DNA of 64,000 nt from an uncultured Lachnospiraceae bacterium. GTDB taxonomy: Bacteria > Bacillota > Clostridia > Lachnospirales > Lachnospiraceae. The notes beneath the pieces are model-generated. The model did not search any database. It worked only from the letters and a program-made list of their open reading frames with translations, and was not told the DNA's origin. This document shows positions 46,261 to 55,458 of the stretch, piece by piece. Within the stretch, counting starts at the first letter, position 1, and every line of letters starts with the position of its first letter. Made by a program: the position numbers and the translations under genes. Location: assembly GCA_910588125.1 (NCBI GenBank), contig CAJUPI010000004.1, forward strand, positions 34,591 to 98,590, written 5' to 3'.

Positions 46261-49200
46261 ATGAAAGCTATCAAACGAAGGCTGGCCATCATTTTGGCAG
46301 CATTGTTGATGGTTCCGGCACAGCCAGCCCTGGCAGCAGAGCAATTGCTTCCGGAAGTGACAGAAGTAAGGGAGGCTGGGGAGTCCGGCGGGGAAAACAA
46401 AAAGGCAGGCCAGGAAGAAAGTGATGATGTGGCAGGCCAGGATTCAGAAAGGACAAGTGAGGAAGTAAGAGGAGACGATTTGGAAGAAGGGGCAGCGTCT
46501 GAGGAGGAAGGCACATCAAAAGAAGATGTGGTATCCGAGGAAGAAACGGCATCTGAGGAGAGAGAAATATCCGGAGAAGAAACGGCATCTGAGGAGGGAG
46601 AAATATCTGGAGAAGAAACGGCATCTGAGGAGGATAGAGTATCCAGAGAGGAAACGGAGTCTGAGGAGAAAGAAGTAGTCGAAAAGGAAACGGCATCTGA
46701 GGAGGGAGAAGTGTCCGAAAAGGAAACGGCATCTGAAGGAGGGGAAATATCTCGGAAAGAAACGCCATCTGATGAGAAAGCCGTATCCGAAAAAGAAGGG
46801 CTATCCGAAATCGATGAGGGTTCAGAAAATGAGGAAGAACCTTTTGAAGAAGAGCTTCTTGATGATGATGATTTATGGATGAAAGATGTCAGTTTGGCGA
46901 CTGGGGCAAATGCAAAAAAGGCAATCGTCCGGTCAGAAGAAGGAATCTTGTTTAATACGGGAAATCATGTATACCAGGTGGTCAGCAGAGAGGATTTTTT
47001 TGACAATGAGCTGGGAGATGCCTTCTTTGAAGAGGATGGAAGCTATACCATCAATATTCCGGAGATGAATCCTTTCTTTCCTTATGAGGTGGAATTTACT
47101 TATGAGGGAAAAAAGGTAAGAGAATGGTTTATGACCCCGGATGATTGTGTGGAGATTGGCGGACATGCTTTCTATGTGTCGGCTTGCTTTGACGGGACTG
47201 TGGTGACACAGATGAGCCTGAAGGTAGCCGGAGATACGGTGGTGGTTTATCCAGAGGAGAAAGAATTTACGGATGAAGAACAGGGAGAAGTGAGTCCGTT
47301 GTCATTGTTGCCGTTGGATCAAAGGACATATAATATCGATTTGGTAGGTTATACTCCAGCGGAATTGACAATGGTATCTTTAGATAAAATTTTCACAGGA
47401 GAAAAAGTTCTGCAGGATACAGATAAAATAGCATGGACGAAGCAAGGGGAAGAAAATTTTACTATCAGTTCGCCGGGAGACAAAATAGATTTAAGTTATG
47501 AGACCAGTTATAGTTATGGATTGTTTAATATTCATAATATAGACTGGGCTATGATAGTAGGGGATGCAGATCAACTGAATAAGGATAACTTTCGTTATAA
47601 CTTTTGTATATATGTAAAGAATTCGAGAAATTGGATTAATGCAGAACTCTATACTCAGGACAGTTCAGGAGTAAGAACCAATATTGAATTATTGGGAAAT
47701 GATGTAGAATATCAGGATAGCTATGGTTGCGAAAGAGAATTGAACATATGGGCACATTCGGATCAGCTAAGGGAAAATCGAACAGCATATGTTGGGCTGG
47801 ATATTAATAATACGGGTTTTTCTGATATGGAATATGCAGATCTTAAAGTCTATGAAGGAAAATTCACATCCGCTAAAGAGGCGTTGTCCGGAACTGATAT
47901 CACAGACAAGATATTTGGCGTTGAGATGAATAATACCGATGCCGGATATCAGATAGAATTATATGAAGATCTTTGGATTACCATGGTAACCTTTGATACC
48001 ACTGGACAACCGACAGGATGTTTGCCTTTTATGTTATATCTGGGAAGAAAAAATACGGAAAACCATGTCAGCAGTGGTAATCTATTTACCGTTTCAGGAG
48101 ATAATAATATTATAGATATTACAGATAGGCAACAAAACAGAAAACGAGATAAGTATAATGAAGTTACTTATACATTGTATAAAGGATATAAGGCAGAAGA
48201 AGTATATTATCTTAAATTGAGCTACTATACAGAAGGAAAATATAATGCATCAAAGGTAACAGCTGCTTATGTGGGAAACTATTCATCTATAGAAGAGTCT
48301 GTGAGAGCCGGAGGAGTAAATATCAAGGATGAATTGTTTGGAAATTCAAAACTTGGATTTCAGGCGGATTATAGTAAAGGTGTTGATTTTACTATTTTTG
48401 TAGGTGAAGATAGTACAGAAAATCAAGAGGTTTATCATTATAAGGTTAAAGCTGTAGAAGGTATGAAGGAACCTCCCCTGAGTAGTAATACATCAGTACA
48501 GTTTTTGGGTGTAGTGGATGAAAACGGAAAAAATATTGAGGCTCGTGTTCTGGAAACAAATAAAGATTCATATGCAGAAGGCTGTTATATCACAATTCTT
48601 GTGGGTAGAAATGTAAAACTCACAAAACTGGCATTAAAATTTTACGCTAATGATTTGAATTTATATGCAGAGGATAGTAGTAGTCCAGAGGTCAGTGGAA
48701 AAAGCTATCATGATTATTCCCAAGGTGTTGTACAATTTACAGCTTCAGCGGAAAATGGAATAGGTTCAAGAAACTATTGGGTTCAGGTGGTACCGGCTGG
48801 AATAGAGGGAGGAAAGCTTTATGTCAACAGTTTGGCAGATAAAGAGGCAAAGACGAGGGTAGAAAACGGGATAACTTATTCTATTCGAGAAATGTATTTG
48901 GATGGCCGTTATAATTATGTCCATGATATTTTGCTGGTTAATATAGGGGAGGAAGAACTGCCTGCTCTTTCGGCGGAACTGGTATCAGAAGAGGTAGTGC
49001 TTGATGATTATTGGTCTTTAACCGGAAATTCTTCATTTATGGGAATTGATACTAGTCCAGTGTTTGAAGAGCATTTTGATATTTTATATGGAAAGTTATG
49101 GAACCAGGCAAAACTCCGTATCCGGGCGAGAGACGGAATGGCAGACGGACGGGATATCACGGGCACATTGACGATTAAGTCAGGGGAAAATATTTTGATG

Positions 49201-50490
49201 GTGCTGACATTGACGGGTACTGTCGGTGATCCGAGTATCACAACAAAAGAAATTCCTCAGGCAGTAAAGTATGTTCCCTACGGAACGATGATTCAAAATA
49301 ATAATAAGTATCAATGGAATACGGTAAGCTATTCTTATATAGGAGGTACGCTTCCCGGCGGGATGGAGATAAGGCCAAACGGAGAGTTGTACGGCGTTCC
49401 CACAGAGACAGGAACATTTACCTTTACCGTGAGAATGGATAATAGCTACGATGATTTTTCATCCAGTGAGCGAACTTTTACATTGACGGTAATTGAGAAT
49501 ACGGATGGCAATGTGGAGTCAGCCACGGATCAGGGATATTACCTGACAGAGCGGATCCAGAATATATCTATGAATTCGAACCAGGATCAGACGATGGTCT
49601 CTGAGGGTGTTTTTGACGAGTTTGTAGATCTCTTCCTGGACGGCGAAAAATTGGTGAAAGGCGTAGATTATGATGCCGAGTCAGGCAGCACGAGGATCAC
49701 GATTCGGGGGCAGACGCTGAAAAAATCCAATACGCCAGGAAAACATACGCTGGGAATCGAGTTTAGAACAAAAGATACAAATACATTGAAACGTGCGGCA
49801 CAAAACTATGAGATTACCAAAAAGAGCGGCGGAAGCAGCAGTGGAGGCAGCGGTGGCAGCAGTAGCAGCGGAAATACCAGCAGTAGTGGTTCTGCAAAAG
49901 CTTCGGTAACTAGTGATGCAAAAAAAGGACAAATGAATTCTCAGACAGGGATTATAACCGGAGCGGGTGCTGGTTATGCTCACTGGCAGCAGAATGAAGA
50001 AGGCTGGCAGCTGATATATGCAGATGGGACTATGGCCAAAGGCCATATGGCAGAACAGTCAGATGGAACAGTGGTAGAGCAGATACTTTGGGAGTTGATC
50101 AATGGCCGGTGGTATGCTTTTGGCGCCGACGGCAATTTGAAATCCGGATGGGTATTTGACTATGCGCTGAGCGGATGGTATCTTGTGTCGTCGGAAAACG
50201 GAATGCAGTCCGGATGGTATCAGGATCCGACGGATGGCTATTATTACTATCTGGAGCCGGTAACGGGAAAGATAGCAGCTGGCTGGAAGGAGATTGACAG
50301 AAAATGGTATTATTTTAATGAGATAATATTGCAGTCTACCTGGAACTATGATGTGAAAACCGGTTCGTGGTATTATGACACCAGAAGTAAGAATAAACCG
50401 TATGGTGCTATGTACAGCGACGAAATGACGCCAGATCGATATTTTGTAGGAAAAGATGGCGTCTGGGACGGGCAGGAGAAAAACAATTGA
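46261..50490 (+). CDS. Large secreted surface protein (1409 aa): signal peptide, acidic 12-aa tandem repeats, large central beta-rich region with putative Ig-like (He_PIG-type) module, Gly/Ser linker, C-terminal choline-binding-type cell-wall-binding repeats
   Basis: Signal peptide ILAALLMVPAQPALAAEQ; repeats EETASEEGEISG; LPGGMEIRPNGELYGVPTETGTFTFTV; GGSSSGGSGGSSSSGNTSSSGS; GWYQDPTDGYYYYLEPVTGKIAAGWKEIDRKWYYF. Confidence 0.7.
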   Translation: MKAIKRRLAIILAALLMVPAQPALAAEQLLPEVTEVREAGESGGENKKAGQEESDDVAGQDSERTSEEVRGDDLEEGAASEEEGTSKEDVVSEEETASEEREISGEETASEEGEISGEETASEEDRVSREETESEEKEVVEKETASEEGEVSEKETASEGGEISRKETPSDEKAVSEKEGLSEIDEGSENEEEPFEEELLDDDDLWMKDVSLATGANAKKAIVRSEEGILFNTGNHVYQVVSREDFFDNELGDAFFEEDGSYTINIPEMNPFFPYEVEFTYEGKKVREWFMTPDDCVEIGGHAFYVSACFDGTVVTQMSLKVAGDTVVVYPEEKEFTDEEQGEVSPLSLLPLDQRTYNIDLVGYTPAELTMVSLDKIFTGEKVLQDTDKIAWTKQGEENFTISSPGDKIDLSYETSYSYGLFNIHNIDWAMIVGDADQLNKDNFRYNFCIYVKNSRNWINAELYTQDSSGVRTNIELLGNDVEYQDSYGCERELNIWAHSDQLRENRTAYVGLDINNTGFSDMEYADLKVYEGKFTSAKEALSGTDITDKIFGVEMNNTDAGYQIELYEDLWITMVTFDTTGQPTGCLPFMLYLGRKNTENHVSSGNLFTVSGDNNIIDITDRQQNRKRDKYNEVTYTLYKGYKAEEVYYLKLSYYTEGKYNASKVTAAYVGNYSSIEESVRAGGVNIKDELFGNSKLGFQADYSKGVDFTIFVGEDSTENQEVYHYKVKAVEGMKEPPLSSNTSVQFLGVVDENGKNIEARVLETNKDSYAEGCYITILVGRNVKLTKLALKFYANDLNLYAEDSSSPEVSGKSYHDYSQGVVQFTASAENGIGSRNYWVQVVPAGIEGGKLYVNSLADKEAKTRVENGITYSIREMYLDGRYNYVHDILLVNIGEEELPALSAELVSEEVVLDDYWSLTGNSSFMGIDTSPVFEEHFDILYGKLWNQAKLRIRARDGMADGRDITGTLTIKSGENILMVLTLTGTVGDPSITTKEIPQAVKYVPYGTMIQNNNKYQWNTVSYSYIGGTLPGGMEIRPNGELYGVPTETGTFTFTVRMDNSYDDFSSSERTFTLTVIENTDGNVESATDQGYYLTERIQNISMNSNQDQTMVSEGVFDEFVDLFLDGEKLVKGVDYDAESGSTRITIRGQTLKKSNTPGKHTLGIEFRTKDTNTLKRAAQNYEITKKSGGSSSGGSGGSSSSGNTSSSGSAKASVTSDAKKGQMNSQTGIITGAGAGYAHWQQNEEGWQLIYADGTMAKGHMAEQSDGTVVEQILWELINGRWYAFGADGNLKSGWVFDYALSGWYLVSSENGMQSGWYQDPTDGYYYYLEPVTGKIAAGWKEIDRKWYYFNEIILQSTWNYDVKTGSWYYDTRSKNKPYGAMYSDEMTPDRYFVGKDGVWDGQEKNN
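46539..46810 (+). repeat. In-frame 36-bp tandem repeat (about 7.5 units) encoding the acidic E-E-T-A-S-E-E-G-E-I-S-G motif
   Basis: Unit GAAGAAACGGCATCTGAGGAGGGAGAAATATCTGGA repeated with point variation. Confidence 0.8.
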
Positions 50491-50532
50491 AAACCGGATC
50501 CAATATCCAGGTTTTGAGCAGGAGGAGGGTGT

Positions 50533-50690
50533 TGTAAAATAAGCCGCCTGTCATTTCTCTATCCTGTGTTCGGATGATTCATGTACACATAGTCTGATCT
50601 TAATGGACACAGTCCGCCAATATCAGACAGTATGTTCGTGAACAGCCGGACACAAGATAAGAGAAATGACGGGCTGTTTGTTTTTTAACG
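50533..50690. repeat. Palindromic intergenic repeat element, copy B (inverted relative to copy A)
   Basis: Reverse complement aligns along its whole length with 1451-1580; arms GCCGCCTGTCATTTCTCTATCCTGTGTTCGG / CCGGACACAAGATAAGAGAAATGACGGGC followed by a T-rich tract. Confidence 0.7.
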
Positions 50691-50816
50691 CTTTCTATTC
50701 TTTGTATGAAATGAGTTAGGGCACTTTGCAAAAACTTCCGCATTTTATCACAGAATAGGACAGAATAACAAGAAAAAAGATTGTCTAATATTAAAAAATA
50801 TGATATGGTAAATAAA

Positions 50817-50859
50817 TATCATTAAGTTTATCTCTGAGAAAATTAGCTTAATGACATTG
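50817..50859. repeat. Intergenic motif family 2, copy 2 (ATATCATTAAGTTTATCTCTGAGAAAATTAGCTTAATGACATTG)
   Basis: Shares ATATCATTAAGTT and CTGAGA ... AATGACATTG blocks with 44737-44796 and 52339-52366. Confidence 0.55.
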
Positions 50860-51019
50860 TATGGTAATTTATCTATTTCCAATACCCTGGTTTGTGAGGG
50901 GTATCTTATGAACCCGAAATCTAAAAGTCGGGAGTTCATTCTTCTATCATATCCGGACGGCTTTGGCTGATCAGGAAAAATCTCAAGAGGAAATCAAATT
51001 ATATCAGGAGGAAGTGCAT

Positions 51020-52270
51020 ATGAAGAAAAACAAAAATTTTCAGGCAGACAGAACTTCCGTCTCCAGGAAAAAGCAGATGGGGAGATCTCAAAAAAGCTTA
51101 AGAAACCAGGAACCTTTGGCAAAATATTTTCCCAATATAAGATCTCGAAAAGAGGTTTTTGAGCTTATTTGTTCCAACAAAGAATTAAAAGATATCTTTT
51201 ATCAGTGGAACGAGAGGGAGCAGAGTGCGTTTCTGGACTGTTGTACAGGTGCCAGAGGGATGAAAGTGTTGTATGACGGGATTTTTAAGGAGGTTTTTAA
51301 TCCAGAAATAACGCCGGAAAGGCTGGAAGAACTGCTATCTTTGCTAATAAAAAGAAAATTGAAAATAAGGCAGGTGCTTCCTAATGATTCCGTCCGTCTG
51401 GGGGCAGAATCATCACTGTTATATACGGATATTATTATTCAGCTGGAGGATGGCAGCCTTGCTAATGTGGAAATTCAAAAGATTGGATATGCATTTCCCG
51501 GAGAAAGATGTGCCTGTTATTCTGCCGATCATTTACTGAGACAGTATAAGCGGGTTCGTGGCGAGCAGGGAAAAAATTTTAATTATCGCAGTATCAAAAA
51601 TGTCTATACTATCGTGTTTTTCGAACAATCTCCTAATGAGTTTCATAAATTTCCCGATCAATGGCTACATATATTTCGTCAACAATCAAATACAGGGCTT
51701 TTCCTGGAGCTATTACAAGAATATTATTTCATTCCTCTTGACATTTTCAGAAAAACAATGGAAAATAAATGTATTGAAAATGGTTTAGAGGCATGGCTTG
51801 CATTTTTATGTTATGATGAGCCGGAGCGGATTGAAGAGTTAATCTGTCAATATCCAAAGTTTAAAACCATGTACCAGGATATATATGAAGTTTGCAGAAA
51901 TATGGAAAAGGTGATGAATATGTATTCGAAAGAACTTCAGGAGTTGGATCATAATACAGTGTTGTATATGATAGATGAGATGCAGGAGCAATTGAATAAG
52001 AAGACTGCAGAATTAGAGAAAATAAATATGCAATTGAAGGAAAGAGGGATAGAATTAGAGAGAAATATTGCCCAGCTGGAAGAGCAAGGTATTCAGCTGG
52101 AAGAGCAAGGTATTCAGCTGGAAGAGCAAGGTATTCAGCTAGAAGAGCAAGGTATTCAGCTGGAAGAGAAAGATGTTCAGCTGGAAAAGAAGGATGCGCA
52201 GCTGAAAGACTTGGAAGAGTTGGTGCGGCAATTACAGGAGCAGATATCTGCTCTGCAGGGATGTAGCTGA
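51020..52270 (+). CDS. Rpn/YhgA-like PD-(D/E)xK nuclease-family putative transposase with C-terminal heptad-repeat coiled coil
   Basis: AGGAGG RBS before ATG 51020; PD-(D/E)xK-like core YTDIIIQLEDGSLANVEIQK; the ORF track's upstream TTG start is less likely. Confidence 0.65.
   Translation: MKKNKNFQADRTSVSRKKQMGRSQKSLRNQEPLAKYFPNIRSRKEVFELICSNKELKDIFYQWNEREQSAFLDCCTGARGMKVLYDGIFKEVFNPEITPERLEELLSLLIKRKLKIRQVLPNDSVRLGAESSLLYTDIIIQLEDGSLANVEIQKIGYAFPGERCACYSADHLLRQYKRVRGEQGKNFNYRSIKNVYTIVFFEQSPNEFHKFPDQWLHIFRQQSNTGLFLELLQEYYFIPLDIFRKTMENKCIENGLEAWLAFLCYDEPERIEELICQYPKFKTMYQDIYEVCRNMEKVMNMYSKELQELDHNTVLYMIDEMQEQLNKKTAELEKINMQLKERGIELERNIAQLEEQGIQLEEQGIQLEEQGIQLEEQGIQLEEKDVQLEKKDAQLKDLEELVRQLQEQISALQGCS
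52066..52191 (+). repeat. In-frame 21-bp tandem repeat (4 perfect and 2 degenerate units) encoding (LEEQGIQ)n
   Basis: CTGGAAGAGCAAGGTATTCAG x4, then CTGGAAGAGAAAGATGTTCAG and CTGGAAAAGAAGGATGCGCAG. Confidence 0.8.
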
Positions 52271-52338
52271 TTTTAATTATGGAAGAAGGTGCTGCAAAAT
52301 AAACCGGCCGTTTCCCGCTCCTTTTTCCCTGGCGTACC

Positions 52339-52366
52339 TTCTGAGAAAATTAACGAAATGACATTG
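52339..52366. repeat. Intergenic motif family 2, copy 3 (TTCTGAGAAAATTAACGAAATGACATTG)
   Basis: Followed at 52367-52399 by a perfect 13-bp-stem hairpin CTGCTCTTAACGG-ACTTTTC-CCGTTAAGAGCAG. Confidence 0.5.
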
Positions 52367-52399
52367 CTGCTCTTAACGGACTTTTCCCGTTAAGAGCAG

Positions 52400-52455
52400 G
52401 TTGTTTGTATGTGAACCATCCGAACACAGGATAGGGAAATGACGGGAGCTTTTGC
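52400..52455. repeat. Palindromic repeat family, partial copy C (right arm only: CCATCCGAACACAGGATAGGGAAATGACGGGAGCTTTTGC)
   Basis: Aligns with the right arm of copy A (CCATCCGAACATAAGATAAGAGAAGTGGCGGGCTTTTGC). Confidence 0.6.
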
Positions 52456-52465
52456 AATACCCTTT

Positions 52466-53812
52466 TTAATAATGGAATTTTTTTTGTTTGCTTACCAAAA
52501 AAATCCCGGCTACCAGTACCGATAGAAATTCAGCTGCCACGATGGAGAACCAAATGCCGTCCAATTGCCAGATGAGAGGCAGAAGAAGCACGGCAGCAAT
52601 CTGGAACACCAAAGTCCTCAGAGACGAGATTAGGGCGGAGGTCAGACCGTCGTTTAAAGCAGTAAAGAATCCTGAGCCAAAGATTGCAAATCCGGCAAAC
52701 AGGAAGGAAAAAGCAAAGATCGCAAATCCATGAAGAGTCATTTCCAGTAAGCTCTTGTCATATCCGACAAACAGACGGGAAAGAGGGCGGGCCAAAAACA
52801 GGGAGGAAGTAAACATAAGTAAGGCAAAGATACTGATGATTTCCAGGCTTTTTTTTCGAAGATTTTTCAACTCGCTGTAATTTCCAGCACCGTAATGATA
52901 TCCGATCACCGGAGATACTCCTACGGAAAATCCAATATAGGCAGCTAAAAAAATAAAATTCACATACATCAGTACCCCGTATGCGGCAACGCCGTCTTCA
53001 CCGGCATAGCGGAGTAATTGCACATTGTAGAGCATGCTTACGAGAGAGGAGGAAATATTGCTCATCAACTCGGAAGAGCCGTTGGCGCATATCTTGAAGA
53101 AAGCCCTGCCGTCAAATCGTGCTTTGGTGAGTTTCAGCAGACTGGTGTTAGGACGGGCAAAGTAAAACAAGGGCAGAATTCCGCCGATACACTGGCCAAT
53201 TCCGGTAGCGGCGGCTGCGCCTTCAAGACCCCAGGAGAATACCGCAATAAAAAGGGCGTCCAGTACAGCGTTAGTAAGCCCGGCCGCAAGGGTTATGTAA
53301 AGCCCAAGCTGTGGTTTCCCGGCTGTGGCAAAAAGACATTGAAATTCATACTGGAGAATCGAGGCAGGAATTGCAAGCAGAATTACTCTGCCGTAAACGA
53401 GGCAGTCCTCCAAAAGCTGTCCTTCCGCTCCCAAAACTATGGCAATGGGTCTGAGAAACAAAAAACCAAGGATCGTCAGGATAAAGCCAAAGGCCAGGGA
53501 GAGATAGATTAGCATGGAAAACAGTTCATTTGCTTTTTCAATTTTTCCTTTTCCCAGAGTCAGGGCAATCAGGGCCCCGCCGCCGGTGCCGAACATAAAA
53601 CCTGCGCTCCCTAAGATCATCAGTATGGGTATAATAAAATTGACAGCAGTAAATGCTGTTTTCCCGACATAGTTGGATACAAAAAATCCGTCAACCACCC
53701 CGTAAATGGATGTAAAAATCAGCATGATAATGGATGGAAAGGTGAAATAAATCAATCGTTTGAAATTAAAATGGTCAGATAATTGTATGACCTGATGGTG
53801 TTTCCTAAACAT
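52466..53812 (-). CDS. MATE-family multidrug/oligosaccharidyl-lipid efflux transporter
   Basis: 448 aa, 12 predicted TM helices, MatE repeats; AGGAG RBS. Confidence 0.85.
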   Translation of the reverse strand: MFRKHHQVIQLSDHFNFKRLIYFTFPSIIMLIFTSIYGVVDGFFVSNYVGKTAFTAVNFIIPILMILGSAGFMFGTGGGALIALTLGKGKIEKANELFSMLIYLSLAFGFILTILGFLFLRPIAIVLGAEGQLLEDCLVYGRVILLAIPASILQYEFQCLFATAGKPQLGLYITLAAGLTNAVLDALFIAVFSWGLEGAAAATGIGQCIGGILPLFYFARPNTSLLKLTKARFDGRAFFKICANGSSELMSNISSSLVSMLYNVQLLRYAGEDGVAAYGVLMYVNFIFLAAYIGFSVGVSPVIGYHYGAGNYSELKNLRKKSLEIISIFALLMFTSSLFLARPLSRLFVGYDKSLLEMTLHGFAIFAFSFLFAGFAIFGSGFFTALNDGLTSALISSLRTLVFQIAAVLLLPLIWQLDGIWFSIVAAEFLSVLVAGIFLVSKQKKFHY

Positions 53813-53821
53813 AACTTTCTC

Positions 53822-54265
53822 CTATAGATTTTTAGCTTTGCCGCGAAGGGCAAGTAAAAAGGCTTCTGTCAGCTCGAGATATTTTTCCACATCTTCTCGC
53901 GGCCAGGAGGCAAAGATTTCATTTTCAGCCTTGATCACCTGGCCTGCCGTCTGCTCGGCCAGCAGTTTGCCGTGCTCAGTCAGACAGACCTTTTTTGATT
54001 TGGGGGTTATGGATTCCAGATAAAGGATACCGTTTGCCTCCAGCTTCCGGATGGAAGAATTGATTGTCTGTTTACTAAGGCCGGAACGGCGGCAGATATC
54101 CTGCAAAAGGCAGCTGTTTTTGTTATCGTTATCGCATATGGTGTAAAGAATGAGCATGGCACTGTCAGAAAGCCCAAGCTTTAAAGATATCTCATGGTAG
54201 GCGGCGTCGATCTCGCTTAAAAGATGATTGAAGCGTTTCATTTCTTTTGAAAAACTACAGTTCAT
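53822..54265 (-). CDS. MarR-family transcriptional regulator
   Basis: 147 aa; winged-helix core LLQDICRRSGLSKQTINSSIRKLEANGILY; GGAGGG RBS. Confidence 0.75.
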   Translation of the reverse strand: MNCSFSKEMKRFNHLLSEIDAAYHEISLKLGLSDSAMLILYTICDNDNKNSCLLQDICRRSGLSKQTINSSIRKLEANGILYLESITPKSKKVCLTEHGKLLAEQTAGQVIKAENEIFASWPREDVEKYLELTEAFLLALRGKAKNL

Positions 54266-54519
54266 AACAATATCCCTCCAAGTAGTATGAAATCGTACTA
54301 GGGATTATAGTATGATTTCGTACAATTGTCAAGAAAAAATATTTCATCGTGCATGAAAAATAGAAGAGGGATTGAATTTAAAGATAGGATGTGTGATAAT
54401 AGAACGATATCAGGGATAGGGAATTTCTTCAGTCCCCTGTTGCCAAAAGATGGTGCCTGGGGCGTGCATCCCCTTGTTCACCGAGGTTGGCATTCTATAA
54501 TAAAAAAGAGAAATCTGTG

Positions 54520-55452
54520 ATGACAGAAAAATTTGAAAGGGTTTTGGTGATGGAACAGAAAATAAAGGGCGCGGTGCAGGATAATTATATGCGGGGAGTG
54601 GTGATGATTATTCTTTCTGCCTTTTGCTTTGCCTGTATGAATGTCATGGTTCGTCTTGCCGGGGAGATACCTTCTGTTCAGAAAAGCTTTTTCAGGAATC
54701 TGGTGGCAGCAGGATTTGCCGGGATGATTGTAGCAAGAGAGCATGTGCCTCTGCGGGTGGAAAAAAGGGGCAGGCTGCCTCTGACGGCCCGGTGCATTTT
54801 TGGAACGATTGGCATTCTCTGCAATTTTTATGCGGTGGATCATCTTTTAGTGGCAGATGCTTCTATTTTGAATAAGCTTTCCCCATTTTTTGCCATTATT
54901 TTTTCTTATTTGTTGTTGCGGGAAAGGATTGCTTTTTTTCAGGCTGTCTGTGTGGGAACGGCTTTTGCTGGCTGCCTGTTTGTTGTAAAACCGGGTTTTC
55001 AGAACACGGTGTTGCTCCCGGCCCTGATTGGAGTAGGCGGCGGACTGGGGGCAGGGATTGCCTATACCATGGTGAGAAGGTTAGGAACGATAGGCGTTAA
55101 AGGATCCATTATTGTGTTTTATTTTTCCGTGTTCTCCTGCCTGATTGTGATGCCATGGATTTTGTTTCATTTTGTCCCCATGTCCCTGAAGCAATTTGCG
55201 GTGCTTTTGCTGGCGGGAGTGTTTGCCGCCGGAGGACAATTTTCGATAACATCGGCTTATACGTATGCGCCGGCAAAGAAGATTTCCATTTATGATTATT
55301 CTCAGATTATTTTTGCCACAGTGTTAGGGTATGTGGTATTTCAGGAGATACCAGATGGCTATAGCTTGATAGGCTATACTTTGATTGTGACAGCCTCTCT
55401 GATGATGTTTTTTTATAATCGAAGAACAGAGGCTGATGAAAAGGAAAGGTGA
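54520..55452 (+). CDS. EamA/DMT-superfamily transporter
   Basis: 10 TM helices, two EamA repeats; start choice (54520 or 54550) is uncertain. Confidence 0.75.
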   Translation: MTEKFERVLVMEQKIKGAVQDNYMRGVVMIILSAFCFACMNVMVRLAGEIPSVQKSFFRNLVAAGFAGMIVAREHVPLRVEKRGRLPLTARCIFGTIGILCNFYAVDHLLVADASILNKLSPFFAIIFSYLLLRERIAFFQAVCVGTAFAGCLFVVKPGFQNTVLLPALIGVGGGLGAGIAYTMVRRLGTIGVKGSIIVFYFSVFSCLIVMPWILFHFVPMSLKQFAVLLLAGVFAAGGQFSITSAYTYAPAKKISIYDYSQIIFATVLGYVVFQEIPDGYSLIGYTLIVTASLMMFFYNRRTEADEKER

Positions 55453-55458
55453 TTGGAT

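Noticed and set aside
46539-46810. Tandem direct repeats that could superficially resemble a CRISPR array (also at 52066-52191)
   Set aside because: Both are perfectly in-frame coding repeats (36-bp and 21-bp periods) inside long ORFs. They have no unique spacers, no leader and no cas genes nearby.
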